Origin: Ranitomeya imitator
Taxonomy: Eukaryota
Reading direction: 5' to 3'
Length of the DNA stretch: 64,000 nt
NCBI RefSeq assembly: GCF_032444005.1
Contig: NC_091290.1
Location: 136,028,001 to 136,092,000 of the forward strand
Shown piece by piece: positions 50,484-61,060 of this stretch. Each line of letters begins with the position of its first letter. Positions within the stretch are counted from its first letter, which is position 1. Made by a program: the position numbers and the translations under genes. The notes under the pieces are model-generated. The model ran no database searches. It saw nothing but the letters and a program-made list of their open reading frames with translations, and was not told the DNA's origin.

Positions 50484-51254
50484 TGTTATGATCCGGTGAC
50501 CTTGGAGCCGCATGCAACTTTCTCTGGAGTAGGTGGAAACTGTACTGACCGCAAATTCTGAACTAACACCGCAACTAGAAGTAGCCGTGGGGTGTGCCTA
50601 ACAAACCCTAAACACCTCGACACAGCCGGAGGACTAAATACCCCTATAGATGGAAATAGGAATTCTACCTTGCCTCAGAGCAGAACCCCAAAGGATAGGC
50701 AGCCCCCCACGAATATTGACTGTGAGTAGGAGAGGAAAGACACACGCAGGCAGAAAACAGGATTTAGCAAAAGAGGCCACTCTAGCTAAAATAGGAAAGG
50801 ATAAAACAGAATACTAAGCGGTCAGTATTAAAACCCTTCCAAAAATATCCATAGCAGATAATACAAAAAATTCCACCATCTAACTAAAGACGTGGAACGT
50901 ATATCTGCAACTCCTGAGAATCCAACAAGACTGAGAAAATACTTACACAATCTAAGCTGGACAAGAAAAAACAAATGAATAGCACTGAATTATCAAGCAC
51001 ACAGCATGTGTGCCACAGAAACAAAACCAGACACTTATCTTTGCTGATTTGGCAGCAAGGCAAGAGGAACCAGTCAGAGGTCCAACACCTTCCAACAACC
51101 ATGGACAACTGGCAAGGACTAATGAATCCTGCACACCTAAATACCCCAGTCAGAACTGCAATCAGCAGATACACCTGACCAGGACTGCAACCCAGGGACA
51201 ACTGCATTACCACCTACAACCACCGTAGGAAGCCCAAAAGCAGAATTCACAACA
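50484..51254. mobile_element. Solo LTR (771 bp)
   Basis: tgttatg...ttcacaaca; 6-bp TSD cacttg. Confidence 0.93.
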
Positions 51255-52379
51255 CACTTGTCAACTCTGAATTGTGCCTTGTAATCGCAGGATCAGCAGC
51301 TGTAAAGCCAATGCAATGCTTCAATAAAAATAGGAAAATCCTGCCCTGCAGCTTCCTACACGTCCACCTATTGTGCGACTGAGAACAATAGGCTGGGAAT
51401 TTCCAGAATAATTCATTATTTCTTAAACTTGACCAGCCAGAAACAGGTGAGAAGCCTGCATCTAAGACTTGGTGTCACCTCCTTGGCTCTGTGAATTAGT
51501 TTTAGTGCTGTCTGTCTATGATTGATGCTTTTATGGGGCGGTAAAATCATTGTGTATGGTTTTTGATCTGGAAATAAAACTTCACGTGCTTCATATAGAT
51601 GTTGCTTTGTATTATCAGTGTGATGGAAATGTCAAGTATTCAGTAGGTCAAAGTGATGTCATGTTAACCTTTCAGAGTGACCTGGAAGGGCAGAGACATA
51701 GGCACCAATTCTTTAACAAATTTAAGTAAAAAACTGGTCTTAAAAAGGGGCGTAGAGTGGGCCAGCAGGCCATTCATACGGAAAGTCGAAAAATTGACAA
51801 ATTAAGTCGGAGAGCACACCTCTTCATTTCGTGCATCTTACTCCACTGGATTCTGGATCAATATTAGGGAACAAAACACCAATTTTTTATTTACAAAAAA
51901 AAAAAATTGTTTCCAAAAAGTTCAAAGCCACTGTCTTTTAAAAAAAACAAAAAACAAACAAAAAAACAGACTTTTTTGGCGCGCAATGATCCTTTAACCT
52001 CGATTGTGATTGGTCAATGACCAGCCGATGACTTCAGAAAGAGGGATCACCAATGTCAAATTTCCGGACACTGCTTGGCTGAATTGAGCCATTTGGTTGG
52101 ACTTATTAGGTTACTCCGGCACTGATGACTTCTTCATCGGGATGTGATAATGACAGTTGCCTGCCACAAAGCATTCACGGCTGGAAGTGTTGTGCACTCG
52201 TCCGCTAGTCTAAATGTCACGCTATGACGGTCTTCGGTAAGGAAGGGGGGCCTCAAACTCACTGGAACTAGGACCCTAACTATCCCTGTGCCGGGGGTAG
52301 TCTTGAAGGTAGAGAGGCCTGAGTCTCCATCCTTACTATGCCCCTGGTTAAACCCTGATCTGTCACCTTTCCTACCCAT

Positions 52380-54783
52380 TGTTACAGCGGCTGCTCACCG
52401 CTCTGTTCCTGGTCCTCAGCGTGCCGCCTCCGCCCCCCTCGCGCGCTATTCTTTCAGCGCTCGGTGCGTTGTCCTCTCCTCCTCTCGGGCGGCGCCATCT
52501 TCTTCCGGCATCGCTCGTTCCTGTGCCCCTACTTCCGGCGCTCCTGCGCAGGCGCACAGGCTTCAGCATTAGATACAGCCTCACAGCTCCGGATCACCTA
52601 GCACCGGGTGTGGTGCATCTGCAGCCAATCACCATGGAGAGCACGGTATTTCAGGCCACCTCCTCTGCTAGGAGGTGCCTGAGTATCTTTAGTGTTTGCT
52701 TAGTCTCTGGCCGTTCGCTGTGTCTCTGTACTTGCTCTGCGCTCCGGCGCTACTATTTACTGTGTTTGTTTTCCGTTACTTTGTTTCAGTTCCCTCTCCG
52801 TCCCTGGTTCTCCTCTGCCGATTCCTGCCTTCCGTTCCCGTGTCTTCTGCCTCTGGATTTTCCGCTGCTGATTCCGGTCCTCAGTTTTGTCTACTCTTCA
52901 GCCTTCCCTTTACTTGAGCCGTCCCTTCTGGTATCCGCTACCGTGGTAAGGTAACCTCTGGGCCTGCTCCTAAACAGCCCCTGTATAGGGGTTGGTTAAC
53001 ACCGGGTCTGCTCGCCCACGAGGGGGACTTCTACGGTCCAGAGGGTCCACTCTCGTACCCATCTCTGTAGTCCTAACAATATACTCAGGCCATGGACCCC
53101 GCGGGTGCCGCGTTTTCTGCTCAGAAGGAATTGGCGCTCATACGCGACAATCAGCAGCGCATCATGTCCTTCTTAAAAAATTTGGAGTCTCGCCTAACCT
53201 CTTTGCAAACCGCCGACCCTGCTAATACTAATCAAATTGCAGCCATGCAGCAGGAACTCTCCCAACAACGCGATACGCACGCACGTATGCTATCCTATTT
53301 GGCTTCCATAGACGACCGTTTATTTAATTTGCAGTCTCTCTCTACGGCTTCCGCCCAGGCTTCGCAAGATTCGGCTCCCTCCAGGATGATTGGGTAAACC
53401 TTCTGCCTTGGGCCGAATTCGCCTATAACAATCATTCTAGTGAATCCTCAGCCAAGTCTCCTTTTTTTGTCGTATTCGGACAACATCCGAATATGCCTCT
53501 TCCAATTTCTTCCACTACTGGAGTTCCGGCAGCAGACTCTTTGACTTTAAATTTTTCTGCAATTTGGGGTGAGGTTAAAGAGGCTCTCAAAAAGACTTCT
53601 GTTAAAATGAAGAGACATGCCGACAAGAAGCGCTTAGATTCTTTCTCATTTTTACCAGGCGATAAAGTTTGGCTCGCCTCTCGTTACATTAGGCTCAAGA
53701 TACCATCCTATAAACTTGGTCCTCGTTTCATCGGTCCCTTCGAGATTCTGAGTCGAGTCAACGAAGTTGCCTACAAGCTGAAGTTGCCCGCTTCGCTCCG
53801 GATTCCCAATACTTTTCATGTGTCTCTGCTCAAGCCTGTTGTTCTTAATCGCTTCCATCCTTCTTCCTGTACCTCTCCTCAGCCTGTCCATGCTGATAAC
53901 ATCTTTGAGGTGAGGGATATTCTAGCCAAGAAGAGTATTCGCGGGAGAGAGTTTTTCCTAGTGGATTGGAAGGGGTTTGGGCCTGAGGAAAGATCCTGGG
54001 AACCTCGAGAGAATATCGATGCACCTCGTCTACTTAACAAATTCCTCTCTAGTTTTAGGAAGGGAGATTTTAAAGAGGGGGTACTGTTACAGCGGCTGCT
54101 CACCGCTCTGTTCCTGGTCCTCAGCGTGCCGCCTCCGCCCCCCTCGCGCGCTCTTCTTTCAGCGCTCGGCGCGTTGTCCTCTCCTCCTCTCGGGCGGCGC
54201 CATCTTCTTCCGGCATCGCTCGTTCCTGTGCCCCTACTTCCGGCGCTCCTGCGCAGGCGCACAGGCTTCAGCATTAGATACAGCCTCACAGCTCCGGATC
54301 ACCTAGCACCGGGTGTGGTGCATCTGCAGCCAATCACCATGGAGAGCACGGTATTTCAGGCCACCTCCTCTGCTAGGAGGTGCCTGAGTATCTTTAGTGT
54401 TTGCTTAGTCTCTGGCCGTTCGCTGTGTCTCTGTACTTGCTCTGCGCTCCGGCGCTACTATTTACTGTGTTTGTTTTCCGTTACTTTGTTTCAGTTCCCT
54501 CTCCGTCCCTGGTTCTCCTCTGCCGATTCCTGCCTTCCGTTCCCGTGTCTTCTGCCTCTGGATTTTCCGCTGCTGATTCCGGTCCTCAGTTTTGTCTACT
54601 CTTCAGCCTTCCCTTTACTTGAGCCGTCCCTTCTGGTATCCGCTACCGTGGTAAGGTAACCTCTGGGCCTGCTCCTAAACAGCCCCTGTATAGGGGTTGG
54701 TTAACACCGGGTCAGCTCGCCCACGAGGGGGACTTCTACGGTCCAGAGGGTCCACTCTCGTACCCATCTCTGTAGTCCTAACA
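52380..54783 (+). mobile_element. Internally deleted Gypsy chromovirus (Tf1/sushi-like), 2.4 kb
   Basis: 699-bp LTRs 52380-53078 and 54085-54783, nearly identical; 5-bp TSD cccat; PPT aaagaggggg; gag N-terminus 53092-53397; integrase C-terminus plus chromodomain ~53380-54060. Confidence 0.95.
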
Positions 54784-55034
54784 CCCATGAGGTCTGGGAC
54801 AGATATGTAAGGTAAAAAAGACAAAAAAAAACTGATAACAGAAAGCAGCAAACATACAAACACTAAAGGTAGAGAGGTATATAGGGAAGGATAGGAATGT
54901 ACCAACTGGGAATAGGACAGTGAGGAAAGCATACACCCAAAAACAGCACGAAACAATCTCCAGTAGCAACAACGATCTCCAACTCAACACATTGTCTCCA
55001 AGGAGCTAGGGAAGAAAGCTTTCACTGGCAAGAC

Positions 55035-57728
55035 CAGAGGCGCATCTAGGGTTTCTGGCACCCTGGGCAAAAATTCATTTTGGCGCCCCTTCCCCCCCAG
55101 GACATATGCGATTTTCACACTTAGTCATGCACCCACGAGCTCCTCTTCCTAATGCTCTCAATGTTCAATGAAAAACAGAGAAGCAGAAGAGAAGCTCGTT
55201 GTCACAGGACCACAAGTATGAAAGTTGCATGTGAGTGACGTGTCCATGTGACGACTACTGGAACCTGCAGAGCTGAATCCTGACATCGCAGCTACTGAAA
55301 TCTCACAACTAATGCACTACACACTTTTAGGGTTCTCCCTGGCCGGTGGACGGTCATGTCAGCACAAGCATGCGAATTGTATACTTCTGACCACATTCCG
55401 ACTACACGTACCAGGCCTCGCTCGGTTCATTTTCATTGAGTGAGGCCACACATGTCTAGTCAGCACATGACCGCATGTATCTAAATCGCCAGCACGAGAG
55501 AATCCTGACAGCATGCAGGGCGCACTGTGAGAACTCAGAAGTCTGCAGTCACAAAGAATGACTGCAGACTCTGTTATGATCTGGTGGCCTAGGAGCAGCA
55601 TGAGACGTACTCTGGAGAAGGTGGAACCTGTACTGACCGCAAACCCTGAACTTAACAGCGCAACTAGAAGTAGCCGTGGGGGGTACCTAACACTCCCTAG
55701 ATCCCTCGACACAGCCTAAGAACTAACTACCCCTAAAGACAGAAACAGGAAACCTATCTTGCCTCAGAGAAAATCCCCAAAGGAAAGACAGCCCCCCACA
55801 AATATTGACTGTGAGAGGAGAGGGAAATAACATACGCAGAAATGAAATCAGGATTTAGCATAGGATGCCATACTAGCTAAAAAGAAAGAATAGAACAGAG
55901 TACTATGCGGTCAGTATTACACTAGAAAATATCCACCACAGAAAATACAAAACACCACATCTGACTAAAGACATGGAGGGTATATCTGCATCTCCAGAGA
56001 AAAAGCTAGGCTGCAAAAAATCCTTCACAGACTAAGCTGGACAAGACAAAAACATGAAAATGCACAGAACTATAAGGTCCACAGCAGGTGGACAGCAAAA
56101 ACAAAGCCAGGACTTATCTTTGAAGAAAAGCACAGCAAACAGGAGAGACCAGAAGAGATGTGAATCCTCCAAAAACAATGGACAACAGGCACTGACTAAA
56201 GGATCAAGCAAGGCTATATAGCCCAGCCCAAATTGCAAAAAATAGATACACCTGATAAATGCTGTGATCCAACTACTGCAGCACTACCACTCATAACCAC
56301 CGGAGGGAGCCCAAGAGCAGAATTCACAACAAGACTCATCACAAACCTGGACATCCCCTTTAATGCTCCTAACATAAATAAAAACATGAGAGTTAGTATC
56401 ACAAATAACATTTACATCCAGGTACCTTATAGATGGTGTAGTCTCTGGAGTCATTCTCCTTTTCTTCATCTTGTCCAGACCCCATGATGATTTTTCTCAT
56501 CCACAGCCGTCTCTGCAGATTTCCATCTTCTCCGCTCTTTTGCAGAAAATCTCCACATGACGCCCCTAAAGATACAACTGTCATTATAATGCTCCTGAAT
56601 GAAAAATTGCCACTCACTATATTGTCTGCATAAAATATGACCCCCACACTGTCTTTCTTATGGTACATGCTCTTCACACTGACCTCTCCTTTCCATACCG
56701 GCCGCCTCTTCACACTGTCCTGTCACACTGTGTCCCCCTCTATAGGGCCCAGTATTTATACTGTACTCTCTCATCACACTCCCCCTCCTTGGTATACTGT
56801 CCCCTCCTGGCTGTGCCCTTACACTGTCCCCCCATGCTACGCATGCACACATCCCAACACCCTCACTTCCCGTACTCTGTCCACATACATTTTTCACATC
56901 GCTACTCATACTGTGTCTGCATACATTCCCCCATTTGCTCCCCAAACTGTCTGCACCCATCCCCCATACTGTTTTCTCACATATGCCCCCCATTCCCCGG
57001 TATTGTTTCCTCATACATGCCCCCCATCTCCCCCTTTGCTCTTCATTTTGTGTCCTCAAATCTCCCCCACACATTAAATCCCCCATCCCCACTCCAAATA
57101 TCACCCCACACATTAAACACCCCCATCCCCATGACAAATCTCCCCCCACACACATTCAATCCCCCATCTCCACTCCAATTCTCCCCACACACAATAAATC
57201 CTCCTATCTCCACTCATATTAAATATCCCCCATCCAATAATAAATCCCACCATCACCACTCACATTAAATCCCCCCCACAATATATCCCCCTCATTTCCA
57301 CTCACATTAAATCACCCCTTGCACCTTCGGTGTCTTCAGCTCCACTGGAGCACTTACCACCGATCTGCGTCTCAGTGCCTCTGCTCTGCAGCGCGGGCGA
57401 GTGACGTCAGCAGCGTGATCACATGACCTGATCACGTTGCTGGCGTCTCTCTGACCGGCAGTCAGAGCTTCAATTGTACTCGCATCTCAGATGCAGTACA
57501 ATTGAACACTGGGAGCCGGCGCGCTGCAGCTTCTCTGTGCCGGCTGTCAGCTTGACAGTCGGCACAGAGAACAGCTGACTCCCAGTGCGGGGGGCGGCAG
57601 AATGCAGCCGCCAGGGGAGATACTGCAGACCACCGCTTTAGGCGGCCCGACTGCGCCCCCCTGCCGGCTGCGCCTGGGGCACATTCCCTGGCTGCCCCCC
57701 CCCCCCCCCCCCCCTAGATACGCCACTG
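55035..57728. mobile_element. hAT-type MITE, 2.7 kb including a nested LTR
   Basis: TIR CAGAGGCGCATCTAGGG / CAGTGGCGTATCTAGGG; 8-bp TSD ggcaagac. Confidence 0.93.
55572..56331. mobile_element. Solo LTR (760 bp) inside the hAT MITE
   Basis: tgttatg...ttcacaaca; 6-bp TSD agactc. Confidence 0.93.
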
Positions 57729-60700
57729 GGCAAGACAGAGAAGGTCTGGCCAGGTTTTATAGGGAGAGGTAATGACCAGATCGGAAGCAGCTGAAATGGA
57801 GCTGCAAGTTTCTGACCGGCATAGAAAGGGCCATTAACGTCTTCAGCACCAAAGGAAACCAAATCCATTTAAAATGGGACACAAACACACAGGCTAAATG
57901 GAAGATCTGCGATTCACAATACATAGTAATCTTCTGACCCCAGATCTCCCAGGAGGATGTCATACACTTGTGATGTTAATGAATGGGACTGGAATGGGAT
58001 AACTAGTGGCTTTGCATATGTTCTGGCAGGCAAGTATCAATGGTGCAACTGTTCAACGCAGATCAGGCAAGGAGATGACACAGAGCAATGTGTTGCCATT
58101 GCTCCGGCAAAAATGGACACCATGATAGAAACTAGATGGATCCCATTATATACGTGGTCTGTTGAGCATCGTTGATGACTGTCGCATAGCAGATTTGGTA
58201 GTGCAATTATTTTGAGTTACCAGAACACTTGATATGTGCACACTGCCTTAGCCATGCATACTGTTCTAAGTCGTGTGGTGCCTTTTGTAACCATGTGAGG
58301 GTCTTGTATGTGGATTTCGCCAGTCACGGTGGGGTATCTCCACTTGGACTATTACTAAAACCATATAGCTGGTTAGTAAGTTTCCTTATAGAAAGACGTC
58401 GGATAGGTCATTAGTTCTCAACAGCAAGATTGCCATCCTTAGGCATTTCATATGGATAATGCTAGAACTAAATGCTAAAATTCAGTCTGCCTGCAACCAC
58501 CACTAGAGGGAGCTCACTGCAGACAACAACCATTGAACACCATAATAAAAATGTCTACAGCCACCTCTTCCTAGTGGCAGCTAGAATGTCTCACTGGAGA
58601 GAAGCACAGGATGGACTAGCTATTAGCAAATTATGGCCATTAGGCTTTAACCATCTTTGTTTATAATACTTAGAACCTCTCAAACCTCCAAAGTTTGCCC
58701 CTGAACAGCGGAGCTCCTGTTTGCAGTCTGTGCAGAAAAGTTGTAGGATTGCCCGTACGCGACCTGATACTGCGACCCATTCATTCTCAAGTTGAGGTGA
58801 ATTGTGGCCACGTGCCATTACTTTACGAGATGGAAATACTTGTTTAAAAGCTAAAAAAAAAAAAAACTTTGCAAACTTTTCGAGCCATGTATCTATATGT
58901 ACTTTATCATTCTGCTCTACGTAGATACACAAGTCCCAATCTATGATCGTATATACTGTATATACATAGGGTGATATTCGCATAGGAACTCGTGCATATG
59001 TAACCTCGGAGCCGTAATGTCGCTCATATTGACATACCCGTGCACTGACACTTTGTACTGGGCGTGAATGCATATAAATATGTTGCCTCTGGGAGACCAA
59101 TTCCAGCGCTAGCAGTAGAAATTTTCCTTTTCCTGATCAGATTGCATTTTGTTTTGTTTTTTTTTGCAGCGATTACGACAGTTTCAACCTGATTTAAAAA
59201 AAATATATATAACAATTTAGATTTTTTTTGGCAAAAACTTAAATAAAGAAAAAAAGTCACGATTTGTCCTGAGGGTCTGGACGCAGTGAATGACAGTTCT
59301 GCGGTCCAATCTAGGACAGGGGTGCGCTGAACTGTCAGTGTCATGATAGACAGTTTTGCTGTCCTATCGGATGCTGGGACATGCTCCGATGTCAGTGTCT
59401 GGAGTGACAGTTTAGCAGTCCAGTCAGGACCAGAGTTTCTTCCATGTGTCTCCTGTGCTTTGCTATTTAATCAGCTCTCTGCCTATGATTGCTGCCAGTT
59501 GTAGCTTTGCTCATGAGCTGTGTGCTTGCTCTGTGCTCCTTGTCTGGCATTCTGATCTTTGTTGCTGGACCTTGGATTTATCTTGACCATCCGTTTGCTT
59601 AGCTCCTTTTGTCATGATCCGCTTCCTTTTTGAAATTCTGACTTTTGTTTTCTGTCTATGCCATTGTCTCACCCCTCTGTCTATGACGTACTCGCTTGGC
59701 TTTTGACCTCCGACCTGATGACTACTCAGCCTCATGGCTTATCCGTTCATAGTGACTAGCTTCACAATTGTAAGATTGCACACCGTACTGACTTCGCTGG
59801 GACGCTGTGTAAGATATTTTGTGCTCCAGGGAGTTAACAGCTATGACATCAAATAGAAATGAGAATTTGCTGACTTTGCAGAGGAAGGGATTTTATAAAT
59901 TGTAATACTCTGCAGAGTAATGGTTACTTAGACTGACTCAGGGGAAGCAGTAGATGCGCAAATTCTATGACCCTGATTTATCAAGCATTTTCCCCCAAAA
60001 ATCTGGCATATAATTTGTTTAAAATGTTACCAAATACCGTAACTTTTGTGCAAACCGAAATTGCGAAAAATCAAAATGTTGCAACTTTTAACTCTTTGAA
60101 AAGTGAGCAGAGCTGGGACAGGACAAGGCGTCACCAAGCCCGCCCGACAAAGTCATTAGAAATTACGCCAAAAAAGTGAAGTAAATTAACAGAAATATGT
60201 GACCTTCCAATTCTGGCGGAGATGTGAGATGCGCCATATGCATTTAAGACTGCGCGCCTTGTAAAAAAATCGCCACATTTTTACCACGCACTGTTCATTA
60301 AGAATATCGTGAATTCTTAGTAAATTGGTCCCATGATCTTATAGGGTCATACCCAACAGGTGACATTATAACCAATCCACAGGGTATGTGATAACCTCCG
60401 GATCTGTGCGGGACTGACCTCCAGGAAGTCCCCAAATCCTGAGAACAAAGCTCAAAGATGTGTGTGATTCTTAATCAGTTTGGTGTATTCTTCAGCTGCC
60501 ATGCGCCACCGTCTAAAATGTTACTCCATTCAGTAGCTGGTATGTGTTTATGACAAATTTGACACCATTTTTATGGCGTAAAGTATAATGAATTTGCTGG
60601 CTGCGCTCCCTACCAAGCCCCAAAAATTGGCCGATCCAACTAGAACTTGTGTAAAAATGCCAAAAGTGACACCATTAACAGACAAATTCTGGCATAAAAA

Positions 60701-60896
60701 CACAAATATATAGTAATAGCACATGTAACTAACCACTAACGGGACTTAGCTGACTATTTTGATAAAAAAAGAATAAAAGCCATCCCACCGCGATAAGATG
60801 CACCCGTCAGAACGGCCCCTCACTCTATTATAAGTATCTCCTATACATCACCCGTCCTTGTGATGTCTTTGGGTCTGATTCTTATTCTTCCTTTAA

Positions 60897-61060
60897 AGGG
60901 ACACTGTCACCTGAATTCGGAGGGAACAATCTACAGCCATGGAGGCGGGGGTTTTGGGTGTTTGATACACCCCTTCCTTACCCGCTGGCTACATGCTGGC
61001 TGCAATATTGGATTGAAGATCATTCTCTGTCCTCCGTAGTACACGCCTGCACAAGGCAAT
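60897..61060. mobile_element. Left half of the same T2-type MITE as 44180-44501
   Basis: ttaa-agggacactgtcacctgaa... homologous up to the MITE centre. Confidence 0.9.

Larger units (their letters stand above)
52215..57966. mobile_element. Older LTR-like element fragmented by nested insertions
   Basis: Pieces 52215-52379, 54789-55034 and 57737-~57966 join through the TSDs of the inserts; starts tgtcacg; right end uncertain. Confidence 0.55.

Noticed and set aside
54085-54659. 388-aa integrase/chromodomain ORF extended by a hydrophobic tail
   Set aside because: The tail is read-through into LTR2; the same peptide appears from LTR1 (52379-52954)
57970-60890. Short palindromic and LTR-like fragments
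   Set aside because: Ends and TSDs could not be defined well enough to call
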